From positions 29,140,001-29,204,000 of the forward strand of contig OX597832.1 in the NCBI GenBank assembly GCA_951406725.2: a stretch of DNA of 64,000 nt. The letters run 5' to 3'. The notes under the pieces are model-generated. The model was not told the origin of the DNA. It worked only from the letters and a program-made list of their open reading frames with translations, and ran no database searches. Positions 1 to 14,438 of the stretch are shown here, piece after piece (positions within the stretch are counted from its first letter, which is position 1; each line of letters begins with the position of its first letter). The position numbers and the translations under genes were made by a program. This stretch comes from Octopus vulgaris. Lineage: Eukaryota.

Positions 1-81
1 TGTATGTGCTGCTTCAATTTGGAAGCAACAGATCGCTGAGCTTTCCAACTATTGTCTGTAACTGAAGAACCACACACACAT

Positions 82-116
<35 letters not shown>

Positions 117-403
117 TACACGCAAATTTAAATGTGCACACGCACATACATAAAACACAGTTGTATATGCACACACGCACATACACACACACTCACACAC
201 ACACACACATACACTATGTGCACAGGTTCATATATTTACGTACAAGCAAACGTAGACATACACACTGATCCACGCACATGCGCACAAATAAAAAGAACGC
301 AGCTCGGATAACGGACAGAGTCAATGACCATTGAATAGGTTGCAAGACAAAACGGACATTTTAGGACAGAATAAATAAGTAAATGAGTGGAAATCGAACC
401 AGT

Positions 404-558
404 GCGTGTAGGAGTGGCTGTGTGGTAAGTAGCTTGCTTACCAGCCACATGGTTCCGGGTTCAGTCCCACTGCGTGGCACCTCGGGCAAGCTTCGGGGCG
501 ACCAGAGCCTTGAGAGTGGATTTGGTAGACGGAAACTGAAAGAAGCCCGTCGTATATA
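404..558 (+). mobile_element. SINE family A (tRNA-derived, CORE-like), 5' half only
   Basis: Matches the head of full copies at 7249 and 18515 (ggagtggctgtgtggtaagtagcttgcttacca...ggttcagtccc...ggaaactgaaagaagcccgtcg) and ends in (TG)n. Confidence 0.85.
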
Positions 559-592
559 CATATATGTGTGTGTGTGTTTGTGTGTATGTGTG

Positions 593-627
<35 letters not shown>

Positions 628-724
628 GTATTTATGTGTGTGTGTGTGTTTATGTGTGTGTGTGTATTTACAGATGTTCCCTGTATTCCAATATTTACAT
701 TGCACACACATACACATTCTCCCT

Positions 725-799
725 TCATCATCGTCGTCGACGTCGTCATCATCGTCATCATCATCATCATCATTGTCATCGTCATCATCGTCATCATCG

Positions 800-834
<35 letters not shown>

Positions 835-898
835 GTCATCATCATCATCATATTCATCACCATCATCATCATTGTCATCGTCATCATCGTCATCATCG

Positions 899-930
<32 letters not shown>

Positions 931-931
931 G

Positions 932-965
<34 letters not shown>

Positions 966-1003
966 TGTCATCGTCATCATCGTCATCATCGTCATCATCA
1001 TCG

Positions 1004-1059
<56 letters not shown>

Positions 1060-1116
1060 GTCATCATCATCATCATATTCATCACCATCATCATCGTTGT
1101 CATCATCATCATCATC

Positions 1117-1148
<32 letters not shown>

Positions 1149-1156
1149 CGTCATCG
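725..1156. repeat. (ATC)n microsatellite with internal higher-order duplications
   Basis: Long catcat run with recurring variants (attgtcatcgtc; tattcatcacc twice). Source of the poly-S/H/I/M ORFs. Confidence 0.95.
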
Positions 1157-1564
1157 TTGTAGCGCTGGTGTTCCTCTTTTTCCTTCCATAAACCTATTCG
1201 TTAGTTCTATAGAGTTGTCAACATCTCCTGCCAAATCGTTCAGCGTTCTGACGCGCACGTGCACACACGCACTACACATACACACACGCACACACACATA
1301 CACGTACACGCACACACCAGTTATGATGCACCCAGTAAACTACATTCGATCCACCCCTCCACCCTCCACCCTCCACCCGCCACCTTCTGCTGCACATTTT
1401 CCTGCACCTTCTTCCATATTTCTCCTGTTTGCATTCTCCTCTGTTGCCACCCTCTTCCCACCCCGATCACATCCACCCAGCCACCCCTTTAACCCTTTTC
1501 CCACCGTCACCACCACCACCACCCTGCTGTCATCGCTCTTTTCATCAGCCTCATCAACATCGCT

Positions 1565-1605
<41 letters not shown>

Positions 1606-1868
1606 CTCCTCCCACTTTCTCTTCTATTATTTTCCTGTTTCTTTTTCTCTGTTTCCCCCTCCTCCTGTTCCTCTCCTCTACCCACAACTCTCCTCCCCGC
1701 CCACTTCTCCTCCGCCTCTCTTTTACCAAAGAACCCACCCCACTCGCCCTCTTATACACGTACACATATACACACGCGCGAACATTCGCATACGATCCAC
1801 AATTGACACATACGCATACATACACGCATCCCTACACATACATATAGAATCATATTTATACATAAAGT

Positions 1869-1910
<42 letters not shown>

Positions 1911-2347
1911 TACACACACACATATTTACACACGAACATATACGGATTTATACACACTTGCATTCAGTCCTATGAATGAGTTCTCACTCGTAATAATCAC
2001 TTACACACACTAATACAGACATATATACACACACACACATTCTTACAAAGTCACAACTATATACACACTATATACACATATACAACTATATACACATATA
2101 TATTCATACTATATATACACAATATATACACATATACAACTATATACACATATTCACACCTATACACACATACACTTATATTCCCAGCTATATACACATA
2201 AATACATACATGAACACACATGTACGTACACACATATTCACGCGTATACACACACACTTAAATGTACACATACATTAACATATATAAACACACATGCATC
2301 ATACATGTATACACACACACAAACACACACACATACACACACACATG

Positions 2348-2850
2348 CAGGGTGCGGTGAATATATTGTCGTCTAAATGACGCAAAAATGAAAATAACAC
2401 TGGCGTCTCATTTTAACAAGATATATTTACTAAAATTACATAAAAATATCTTGAAATACTAAAGAGTCAATTTATTCAATAAAATCGCCATTGGCTTCAC
2501 CCACAGCCTCCAGATGGATGGTTTAAGTTGGTGAATGCTGCCATAATCCTTGCCTTCGGTTCATCTTTGGGATTACAAGGAGTTTCATTGGTCTCTTGCT
2601 CAACTGTGCCCCACACATAATAATCAAGGGGGTTGTGGTCTGGGAAGTTAGGTGGCCAGATCTAAGGGGTGATGTGGTCACAGAAATTGTCTGACAGGCA
2701 TGACTGGGTTCTCTTGCTTGTGTGGTAAGGTGCAGAGTCCCGTTGCCAGACATAGGGTCTTCCAGCAGCCACCCTCTTGACCCAGGGCAGCACTAACTCC
2801 TCCAGGCACACCGTGTTGAGTCTGAGGCCATGTGGGAAGATGAAAAATGA
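2348..2850 (-). mobile_element. maT (DD37D, Tc1/mariner superfamily) transposon relic, C-terminal transposase part
   Basis: Minus strand reads FIFPHGLRLNT...VLPWVKRVAAGRPYVWQRDSAPYH...IWPPNFPDHNPLDYYVWG with stops; WPPxSPDxNPLD is the maT motif. CAGGGTG terminus at 2348. Confidence 0.8.
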
Positions 2851-3063
2851 AAGACGGAAGATGGAATATACGAGAATTTATTATTAATCGGGACAAATTG
2901 TTTCGACACATCTACCACCGATCCCTGATGAGTGGGACACTCAACAACTGGTTCTTCCGTGTACCTAACGATCACTGTGAAAGTAACCGTGCTACCAGGT
3001 GTAAACCATTTGCTTTAATATCCATTATATGTGTGTGTGTGCGTGCGTGTGTCTGTGTGTGTT

Positions 3064-3130
<67 letters not shown>

Positions 3131-3626
3131 TTTTACACGACTTTGAGTATGCAGGCAACAACGGTCATTATATTTCAAAGAGGCCTCTGCGTGACTGGAG
3201 ATCATGGTGGGGCGAATCATCCTCAAACCTGCTTCCCCACGGAGTGGACCCTGCAGAAGGCACCGAAGGACGAGGTGGGGGTACCAAACTGGACCGAGAG
3301 GGAGGGATCGACTGCATCCTCCCAAATGGAACAATCCTCTCCAAGAAGCTCAAAAAGTTCCTGCTTTATTTTAAAATTCCATCGATGAGACTTTGGTCGA
3401 TGGAAAAGACTGGCACAAGAAACCCCACGATGGGAATCATCCTGAATATTTGTAATTACGAAGAGAGCATCTTAGACATACAGACAGACATATTTGACGA
3501 GAAAAAGGTGAAAAAGAGGCGGACAAGGAATTAATGTATTTGACTGAGCTGATCAAATCAATTAGTTGACGAAATAAGCTCCGGTAAGGGAGATAACTGC
3601 AATAATATCAATCAATTGAAACTGCT

Positions 3627-3937
3627 GTGGAGGCATATGGCCTAGTGGTTAGAGCAACAGACTCGCGGTCGAGGGATCGCGGGTTCGAATCTTAGACCGG
3701 GCGATGTGTGTGTTTATGAGCGAAAAAAACCTAAACTCTTCGCGGCTCCGGCAGAAGGTAATGGCGAACTTCTGCTGACTCTTTCGCCACAACTTTCTCT
3801 AACTCTTTCCTCCTGCATCTTGCAGCTCACCTGCGACGGACCGGCATCCTGTCCAGGTAGGGTACCTATACGCCAAGGAAACCGGGAAACCGGTCCTTAT
3901 GAGCCAGGCATGGTTTGAGAACGAACAAACAACAACA
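3627..3937 (+). mobile_element. tRNA-derived SINE with V-domain-like segment and (AAC)n tail
   Basis: A box tggcctagtggtt, B box ggttcgaatc, tRNA-Arg-like loop (gactcgc), cctgcgacggaccggcatcctgtccagg segment, aacaacaac tail. Confidence 0.8.
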
Positions 3938-4390
3938 AAAATTGAAACTGCTGGGAATATAGGCATGTAATCGATTGGCGTAAGCAACCGACATTCCGCT
4001 GTTATTCGACCTCGTCAGCGAAGTAGAAAGACGAGGATAGAGAAAGAGAGAGGGGAAGATAAAGGGTGTAGGTAGAGTGACCGAGATAGAGATGGAGAGG
4101 ATGAGAGGAAGAGAGAGCAAAAGAGAGAGAGAGAGGGAGAAGGGATGATTTCGTGAAATGACAAACCGTATTTATTGGAATATTTCTGAGCAATGGGGGT
4201 GGCGAGATGGCGGAGGAGGATGCTATGAATCTGATGGTGGCGGGGAAGGGAAAAGTTTTAAAGAGAGGTAGAGATGGAGAAGGGGTGGGGTGGGGGAGAG
4301 GCCTTTAAGCCAACAGAATTGCTCTGATGGATTCAACCAACCAGGAATTACGAAATCAAAAATAAGCTGAATGTCAGCATTCGGACAGTT

Positions 4391-4929
<539 letters not shown>

Positions 4930-5182
4930 AGCATACATACATACATACGACCGTACATACATATCTATATACACTCACGTGCGCTCACACAGGGTCGCAC
5001 TCACACTCACACACACACACACAACACACACACACGCAATCACACACGCAAATCCACAATGTGACCAGGAGTCGTGAGAATGGGGTAATGGAAGCGGAAA
5101 CTGAAAATTCAGTTGTCACATGACACACACACACACACACACACACATACACACAAAAGTACATTGATATCGACTTGTATGT

Positions 5183-5240
<58 letters not shown>

Positions 5241-5519
5241 ATATTTAGTAACTTTGTAGATTAAAATATAACATCACGAGGTCGTAAGTTGTAACAGATT
5301 ACTCGGAGTAGCAGCAATTCCCACTCCGCTCCTCCACTATTTGAGTGCGCTGGCGAGGGACGGGGCGGGGGGAAACTCATGAGTAGTTTGGGGCAAAATA
5401 TCAGCGCACATACACATACGAACAGACAGAAACACACGTATACATACACACAAATTAGGCACATACATACATATGTATATATATATATATATATATATAC
5501 TCAATATATATACATACAC

Positions 5520-5569
<50 letters not shown>

Positions 5570-5584
5570 TCAATATATATACAT

Positions 5585-5685
<101 letters not shown>

Positions 5686-5721
5686 CACACATACATATAT
5701 ATATATATATATGTATGTGTG

Positions 5722-5759
<38 letters not shown>

Positions 5760-5762
5760 CTA

Positions 5763-5826
<64 letters not shown>

Positions 5827-5827
<1 letters not shown>

Positions 5828-6016
5828 ATCAAAATAAGCAACAAGGATATCCAGAGGTAATGCAGTAAAATCGTATTGCATAACCTCTGGATATCCTTGT
5901 TGCTTATTTTGATTTTAATCACCTTATTTTGAAAATTATATGGATAATACCGTACTAAATTCTGGTGCCTCGACTTAAGTACCATATTCAGCTGAATCTA
6001 AATTTTTTACGAACTT
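5827..6016. mobile_element. Penelope-like fragment with terminal fold-back
   Basis: 38-bp inverted arms 5827-5864 / 5877-5914 (1 mismatch) plus ~100-bp tail, flanked by (TA)n; second copy at 15223-15428. PLE assignment is inference. Confidence 0.6.
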
Positions 6017-6177
6017 ATATATATATATGCGTGTGTGTGTGTGTATGTGTGTGTGTGTGTGTGTAACTGTAAATGTAATATGTGACAATTATTCGGTAGC
6101 CATGATAAATTCCTCTACATAATATCGAAGTCTCTTTCATTCTTTTGCTGTCTTACCATTCTTATCAATATAAATAA

Positions 6178-6233
<56 letters not shown>

Positions 6234-6324
6234 AGATATGTACATATATGTATGCATATATGCATGTATTTATATATTATTTATACTCTTATATATACAT
6301 ATATACATATACTCAATACATACA

Positions 6325-6415
<91 letters not shown>

Positions 6416-6427
6416 CACTCTCTCTCT

Positions 6428-7248
6428 CTCCAGTTGTGAGCAGTATAACTCGGAATTAATAGTCTGGTTTCTTGGGAGAAGCTCATAGTACAGAATTCCT
6501 TTCCAATCCCAAAAGACTTTTTTAGGGTGAAGACCCGCTTTTGGGGTGGCTAAGGGTGGCTCATGTCGCTTACTCCAGGATCGCTTTCTCTGAACATTTC
6601 GGTAAATAATCCATTTCTCATCACCTGTCACAATTTGCTTTAAAAAAGGTGCGTTTTCATTCTATTTATAAAGCGAATCACAAATGGAAATGCGATCCAA
6701 AAGGTTCTTCTCACTCAACTCATGTGGTACCCAAACATCGTTGCGATTTGTGTACCCAAGCTTTACCAGGTGCTCACGAACGATGGATTTTGATAGGTTG
6801 AGGCTTTCTGCCAATTCTCGGGTTGTGCAATGTGGGTTATTCTCAATTAATGACTTGATTTGGTCATCATCTGTAGTGGATGGTCTGCCTGATCGCTCTT
6901 TATCAATAATGCTGCAATCTCCAGTTCGGAACCTTGCGAACCACTTCCGTACAGTTCTTTCGGATAAAGAAACATCACCGTAAACTGCGCATATTTCTTT
7001 GGTTGCTTGTGAGGCATTTTTCCCTTTACCGAAAAAGAAAAGCATCAAGTGCCGAAAATGAACTTTCTTATCTTCCATTTAAAAGGGTTACAGAATTAAC
7101 ACAGGTTATGGGAACAAACTTTCTTCCACGAAAAGATAGCTTAAACTGTGCTCAAAATGGAGGTATAGTCAAATCCTATTTTATGTTCTCAACCATGTTC
7201 TAATATAAGTCGAAAGGTAAGCTACAATAAATCGGCACGAACTTTCCA
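6428..7248 (-). mobile_element. Truncated mariner transposon (transposase pseudogene)
   Basis: ORF 7078-6662 has the HTH region, RSGRP and WVPHEL; after an in-frame stop it continues VTGDEKWIIY...[28 protein letters not shown]. 3' part lost in a microsatellite; 5' end abuts a SINE. Confidence 0.95.
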
Positions 7249-7406
7249 GTGGTAAGTAGCTTCCTTACCAACCACATGGTTCCGGGTTCACTCCCGCTGC
7301 GTGGCGCCTTGGGCAAGTGTCATCTACTATAGCCTCGGGCCGACCAAAGCCTTGTGAGTGGATTTGGTAGACGGAAACTGAAAGAAGCCGGTCGTATATA
7401 TGTATG

Positions 7407-7443
<37 letters not shown>

Positions 7444-7641
7444 TTGTGTCCGTGTTTGTCCCCCTAACATCGTTTGATAACCGATGCTGGTGTGTTTACA
7501 TCCCCGTAACTTAGCGGTTCGGCAAAAGAGACCGATAGAATAAGTACTAGGCTTACAAAGAATAAGTTCTGGGGTCGGTGTGCTCGACTAAAGGTGGCGC
7601 TCCAGCATGGCCGCAGTCAAATGACTGAAACAAGTAAAAGA

Positions 7642-7643
<2 letters not shown>
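7249..7643 (+). mobile_element. SINE family A, near full length
   Basis: Head, ccttgggcaagtg core, internal (TA/TG)n and tail ...atgactgaaacaagtaaaagag. Confidence 0.9.
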
Positions 7644-7727
<84 letters not shown>

Positions 7728-7873
7728 ATACATACATACATATACATTTTCACACACACACACACAAATTACAATATATGACTGTATAACTTTATAATCT
7801 ATACATATAAATTTGTATGCATGTATGTATATGTATGTATATATATATATATATCCATATATATATGTATATA

Positions 7874-7913
<40 letters not shown>

Positions 7914-7921
7914 TGCGTGTG

Positions 7922-7955
<34 letters not shown>

Positions 7956-8784
7956 TGTATGTATAAACGTATATGTGTGTGTGTGTGTGTGGTGTTTGAA
8001 CAAGTGATTGTCCAGCAAGAAAGGTAGGAGTCCATTGTTGTGTGTGCTTGATGTTTGTAAATAATTTTAAAAGGACAAAACCCGATCTGTTCTCGTAAGT
8101 TTGACGGAGTTAATCGATGAATCAACGAGTAGTTTGTGTGCTGTTATTGTTAACAGGAGCGAGTACTGGTACTCTACAGTACTTACTCTGCCTGAAGACA
8201 ACTGGTTTTCTTTGATAATTTCTAACACCACTCAGCCGCAAACAACAATAGATTGTATTTATTAATATTTCCGCTTCTCTCCAACGGAATTCATCTACAC
8301 ATTTGCCTACAAACATACTTCTTCTTCTAAAGATCACGCCGAGTATTGACAATGTTTTAATATTCAAAAGATGACATTAAATATTTCCTTGCAGACGGTG
8401 TTATGTAAACAATTAACAATGGCCATTGTATCGACGAGTGAAACGTTCTTTTAACCGAGTCGTTAATGGCAAACGCTGCTTAACCTTTCTTACCGCCATT
8501 GTTCCTCGCGTCATCTCGCTACCTGCAACATCCAGTTTTTCTCTATTTAACTCTTGCTCTGACCCTCAATCAATATGTCTCCCGCTTTCTTCACCCCACT
8601 TTAGTATTTCTCAATGAAATCTGTTTCTTTTAAGTGTTAACCTTCTTTCCATTTTAACTTCGTGTTCTTCTCTCGAACTTAGCCCTCAACGTTAGCCCTG
8701 CTCCCTGAATGGATCACTAACCTAACTTTCAAACTCTAACCCTAATATACCTATTTAGATAGACATTTAACCACCTTAAAACAG

Positions 8785-9203
8785 GGATCTTTTCGGTTTG
8801 AACGGCAGTTTTTTAAAAATAATTTCCACCTAACTAAACACTTTTAAACTTCGTATACTGATAGAAAGTGTTTATAAATCATCTTTTTCTCTTGGCTTTA
8901 TTGAGAAAATTCTATAGTTTGTAACATATTTGATGTTGTTTTTTCTTCAAATTCTGCAATTTCAACCAATCAATGACGTCTATTCAGGTAAAAACATTCT
9001 GTGCCGTATGAATATGTCCCTCGTTTAAGAAACAGATTGGGTTTATTTACATTTCTGAAGAAAAAAAGATACCCTTCCCCCTACCCCTAACCCTAACCTT
9101 AAAATAGATTGAAATGCAATAGATCGATACTAGGGTCATAATTATGGGTGACAATTTCATATGACACCGCTAGAAAAAACTGCCGGTCAAACCGAAAAGA
9201 TCC
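8785..9203. mobile_element. MITE with ~30-bp TIRs and 8-bp target-site duplication
   Basis: ggatcttttcggtttgaacggcagtttttt ... aaaaaactgccggtcaaaccgaaaagatcc; TSD taaaacag at 8777-8784 and 9204-9211; internal ccctaaccctaac. Confidence 0.9.
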
Positions 9204-9680
9204 TAAAACAGTAAAGCATCACCCTTTATTCTAGTTCTTCTCCTCTCTCGGTCTTAACCTTAAGTTTAACTCTCAGTCTCCCTCTCCTATCAAAATATAC
9301 AGATGAGGCAATGAATTTACCGCAGTGTATTACTGGTACAAACAGGACAAACTCTGAAACGATAAAGAACAACAAACCAAAGCAAGATGTAAAATCGAAC
9401 AGTAAAAGATACAATCAATGATTTTAATAACCTTTTAACTATTGCAATAGCACTGGATATTGCTGCAATATTGGTATCGAACGGTGGGACAGAAAAACAC
9501 ACATTCCGGTTGATTTAATTACCATTAACCATTCCAACAATCTGTGATAATAATTCTGCTTGTTTTTCCGTAACGCTTCCACGTGATTAGTTGAAGGGAG
9601 AAGAGGAGGGGAAGCCGGAGAGAGGAAGGGAGGAAAGATAGGGAGGGGATGGAGAGGTGGTGGTGAGTGAAATGTATAAG

Positions 9681-9811
9681 TTGTCGTATTTGAGTAATTT
9701 CAACCAATCAACGTCGTGTATTCGGTTGAAGAAAGCTTCGATTACTATCGCAAACAGTAGTAACTTTCTTCAACCGAAAACAAGTCGGTTGAAATTTTCA
9801 TAAATACGACA
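9681..9811. repeat. Imperfect palindrome (fold-back), probably MITE-derived
   Basis: tgtcgtattt..aatttcaacc..ttcggttgaagaaag mirrored by ctttcttcaaccgaa..ggttgaaatt..aaatacgaca; shares aatttcaaccaatca with the 8785 MITE. Confidence 0.7.
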
Positions 9812-10112
9812 TCTTTAACACGAAATAACTTCTAAAATACGAAATTTTGCCAAAAACGTTCAGAGTAAACCGTGTGTTCTACCTGAGAAATTCTACAAGT
9901 ATTCGAAGTTTGAAACTGTTTAGTTAAAAAAAAAAAATTAATTAAAAAAAATCTGTGGTTCAGATAGAATAGATCTGTCCTGTCTGTGTCACAGACAGGG
10001 AAGACTCTTTGATGCTGGTGCCACGAGAAAGCGCCATCGTTACATTCTGTAAAGTGGTCGGTATCAGGAGCATTGCAACCGATTTGAGCTACGTCAGTAA
10101 AATTATTATCGT

Positions 10113-10133
10113 GATGATGACGATGATGATGAC

Positions 10134-10168
<35 letters not shown>

Positions 10169-10198
10169 TGATGGTGGTGGTGGGAGTGGCAATGATGT

Positions 10199-10242
<44 letters not shown>

Positions 10243-11139
10243 ATGTATATGCCAGTATGTATGTACGTATATTTGCGTGTGTGTATAAAGGAAAATGTGC
10301 GTATTTGCATGCGCGCGTACACACGCACACACGCACATGCACAAACACACACACACACAAACACGCACACACACACACACACGCACATGCGTGCATACAC
10401 GCTCGCACGCGCGAACACAAACGTTGAGGTCAGAATGAAGTTCAACTTTGGGTTTGGATGAATAAATAAATTCTAGTTTATATATTCAGTGCTTTCACCG
10501 TTAGCATTCCAAAACACACATACACACTCACACACACACATACATACATACATACATACATACATACACACACACATACATACATACGTACATACATACA
10601 TACATACGTACATACATACGTACATATATACATACATACGTACATACATACATAGATACATACACACATACATATATATATATATATACATACATACATA
10701 CACACACACATACATACACACATACATACATACATACACACATACATACACACTCACACATACATACATACATACATACATACACACATACATACATACA
10801 CACACACATACATACGTACATACACACATACATACATACACACATACATACACACTCACACATACATACATACATACATACATACATACATACACACATA
10901 CACACATACATACATACATACATACATACATACATACATACATACATACACACATACACACATACATACATACATGCATAAATACATATATACATACATA
11001 CATACATACATACATGTACGTACACATATATACACACATTTGTACACATATATACATACACACGCATGCATATTATCATACACATGTGCAAGTATATATA
11101 TATGATATATATATATTTATATATACATATATACATGTG

Positions 11140-11177
<38 letters not shown>

Positions 11178-11189
11178 CATATAAATATA

Positions 11190-11233
<44 letters not shown>

Positions 11234-11266
11234 ATATATATATTTATATATACATATATACATGTG

Positions 11267-11306
<40 letters not shown>

Positions 11307-11318
11307 CATATAAATATA

Positions 11319-11357
<39 letters not shown>

Positions 11358-11390
11358 ACACACACACACACACACACACCCCACACACAC
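10113..11390. repeat. (GAT)n/(GGT)n, (CATA)n and (TA)n microsatellite block
   Basis: Directly visible; includes a duplicated ~130-bp unit near 11100-11355. Confidence 0.95.
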
Positions 11391-11656
11391 ACATTAGCGC
11401 GCATGCGCTTATAAATAATATTCTAATATTATTGCAGTACTTTGTAACTAAAGCAAGGAAAAAAATTTTTCTTCAATTTGTTGAATTTTCTTGTAACAAA
11501 ACGTTGAATTGTTTTCTTCACGTTGTTGTTGTTGTTGCTGTTGTTGTTGCTGTTGTTGTTGCTGTCTGTCTGTGAGTCTGCATGTTTGTTTTAGCTCCGC
11601 TTCTCTTTTTAGATTTTGTTTATTTTCTTTCGTTCCATATTTTTTCCCCCCTCTAT

Positions 11657-11823
11657 ATTTCTTCTTCTTCTTCTTCTTCTTCTTCTTCTTCTTCTTCTTC
11701 TTCTTCTTCTTCTTCTTCTTCTTCTTCTTCTTCTTCTTCTTCTTCTTCTTCTTCTTCTTCTTCTTCTTCTTCTTCTTCTTCTTCTTCTTCTTCTTCTTCT
11801 TCTTCTTCTTCTTCTTCTTCTTC
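11657..11823. repeat. Long pure (CTT)n microsatellite
   Basis: Directly visible; explains the poly-F/S/L/R ORFs. Confidence 0.98.
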
Positions 11824-12060
11824 GTATTCTTTCAGAATCCTTTGTTTGTAGTTTGATGTCTGCCAATAAATTTTGGTTCTTCAGAATATTGATGATGGTT
11901 TCTTCCTTGTTTTTTGTTTTTTTTTATTTTTGTTTATTATTATTATTGTTATTTTTATTTTTATTCTTATTCTAATATGATACATGTTGCTTTCCACTGT
12001 CACCTGACTTATTCTCTGGAAGGTTCTTCTGTATTTACTGGAGCAAAGAGGAATATATAA

Positions 12061-12141
<81 letters not shown>

Positions 12142-12146
12142 CAGGC

Positions 12147-12187
<41 letters not shown>

Positions 12188-12192
12188 AAGAT

Positions 12193-12273
<81 letters not shown>
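12061..12273. repeat. (ATAG)n microsatellite
   Basis: Directly visible. Confidence 0.98.
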
Positions 12274-12274
<1 letters not shown>

Positions 12275-12395
12275 GTATATAGGTATGTATGTAGGTAAGC
12301 AGTCAGGTAAGTAGTCTGTAAGATAAGTAGAGAAACGTATGTTTATAGGCAGGGATACAAATAGATTAATAGATACATGGACAAATAATTAGGGA

Positions 12396-12458
<63 letters not shown>

Positions 12459-12469
12459 GAATAAAACTT

Positions 12470-12645
12470 TATATATAAAGAACGTGAAATACACGAATTG
12501 ACGAACACGGAAAACAGACAGTCATTCAGAGCCTTCATTCTTCAGTCAGAAACCGATTCATCATGGCAAATTTCGGCTGTTTAATTCTGAGATTTGCTCC
12601 AAAACGGCCAGCCCCAAGGAAAAGCTAAGCTATGGGCATTAGATT
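12470..12645 (-). mobile_element. Penelope-like fragment related to the 52283-52750 element
   Basis: Reverse complement shares aatctaatgc..tagcttag..tttccttggggctggcc..ttggagcaa..cagccgaaa..gactgaNgaa..gaatgac..gtc with 52520-52646; lies between (TA)n and (TG)n. Confidence 0.6.
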
Positions 12646-12709
<64 letters not shown>

Positions 12710-12746
12710 GATTTGGTAATTCAAACAGGATGTATACAACTAAAAA

Positions 12747-12790
<44 letters not shown>

Positions 12791-12792
<2 letters not shown>

Positions 12793-12894
12793 TTAATCAG
12801 CAGAAGTTACAAAGACACTGAAGGACCGAGTTTTGGGTGTATGTCTCAAAACTCTCGGTCCTTGAGTCATGTTGTAACTTTTGCCGATTAAGAA
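12791..12894. repeat. ~105-nt imperfect inverted repeat next to (TA)n
   Basis: ttaatcagcagaagttacaa..aaggaccgag..ttttg versus caaaactctcggtcctt..ttgtaacttttgccgattaa. Confidence 0.8.
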
Positions 12895-12942
12895 TAAATG
12901 TGTCTCTCTGTCTGCCTATTTGTCTGTCTGTCTGTCTACCTA

Positions 12943-12975
<33 letters not shown>

Positions 12976-13129
12976 ATGTATGTATGTATGCATGCATGTA
13001 TGTATGTAGGTGTGAATATATGCGTTTCTGTGTAGTATTTATGTATCTGTGTACCTACGAAAATAGATCGACAGCTTTCATCTCAGATGGAACTGAACTT
13101 CGACGTTCAGCTAATTGACTGATCATTGA

Positions 13130-13188
13130 ATTGAAGCAGAGCTCAAATCGAGATCAATACATTGAAGCAGAGCTCAAATCGAGATCAA
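13130..13188 (+). repeat. Perfect 28-bp direct duplication (period 31)
   Basis: attgaagcagagctcaaatcgagatcaa at 13130 and 13161. Confidence 0.95.
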
Positions 13189-13584
13189 ACCCGACCATGA
13201 AACAAGCTGTCCGAAGTCTCCTTAATTTTAAGAACGGGAAGGAGTTTGTCAAAAAGCTAATTCAGAGCGTTTCTTATTATAAGGCTGTAGCTTTTTCACC
13301 GACCTGCAGTTTCCTGCAGGAAAGAAACAAGGCGTTTGGCAGTTAACGCAAGGAACGTGGGTTCAATCCTGTGACAGGAGTTTTGGTGTATCTTTGAAGC
13401 AGATCACTTAATTGCACAGGTAACTCCTGGATTCACCCAAGACGAGGAATAAGCAGGTGTGAGAAGGCGATAGTTCATATCCATGTTAATGACATTGTAC
13501 GGTGTCTATAGTTCACAACCTGAACAGTTACCTGAGTTTACATAGCTGTAAGTTGGTACCCCAATGTGGTGCAGCTCATTAAAA

Positions 13585-13638
<54 letters not shown>

Positions 13639-13700
13639 TTATATATACTGTAGCGACATCAGTGAAAAGATCGATCCCAAAATACTCTCTTCCTTTAAAA

Positions 13701-14010
13701 CAGAGGTTCTCAACGTAGACGGTACTGCCAACGAGGAGGTGCGGGGCATGTCGAAGGTTTTAGGAGGTGGTGAGATAACGTAATCAACATACTAAATTTG
13801 ACCGAAAGTAGAATTTTGTCAGTGAAACAGGTCGCGGTCTCAAAGTGACGAAAATATTTTTGACAAATTAAATTTAAATGTTGAAGTGAATCTAACGGTT
13901 TTTGTGTCTTTTTAAGTGGCTTATAATACACCTTCCACGCTGCAATTGTTTTTTGTTTCAGCACACGATCTCAGATCAGGTCACTTGCTATGCAGGTACA
14001 CCTCCGTAAA
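13701..14010 (+). mobile_element. DNA transposon remnants (hAT-like end plus a dispersed repeat)
   Basis: cagaggttctcaac resembles hAT/Charlie TIRs; 13810-13950 recurs, diverged, at 52860-52996. Confidence 0.5.
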
Positions 14011-14438
14011 TAATAATTATATTATAAATGACAAAGCTAGTAATGATTATTAAAATAAAATGAGATCTTATCAGACACAGGGAAGCCATTAGCTTGCAAT
14101 GAATGTATAAAGTAAATTTACAACATTTTGTCTTTAATTAATTTTTTTATCATTTCACCGATAAAAGCTTACACATTCCATTTTTAGAGTAAAATTTATA
14201 AATTATCAACCATGTTAAATCAATTCGGTCTTGATGTCTCACTCGTCACGTAAGTGGGCGTCAGACATAACAACACCTACTTCAACATGAGCGTACAAAA
14301 AAACAAAAAACCCAGAAAACAAAAGGTTAACAACCATTGTTTTAAAAGGACTTCATATGGAACTCAAAGAGCCGCTTCCTGTCATAGAATACGACGGTGT
14401 GACACGCATATCTTTCTTCCAAATAGATTACGCAAAAA

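Noticed and set aside
383-1847. Long Ser/His/Ile/Met-rich ORFs
   Set aside because: Stop-free translations of (ATC)n and (TG)n microsatellites; the same applies to all [12 protein letters not shown] ORFs in the track.
3627-3705. tRNA-Arg-like gene
   Set aside because: Continues into a SINE body and tail with no proper acceptor stem or oligo-T terminator; the same holds for 14439, 20368 and 44709.
6281-7078. Functional or domesticated mariner (SETMAR-like)
   Set aside because: In-frame stop at 6662-6664, internal deletion, missing the last catalytic residues, no fused domain.
9085-9100. Interstitial telomere
   Set aside because: Only 2-3 hexamers, inside a MITE.
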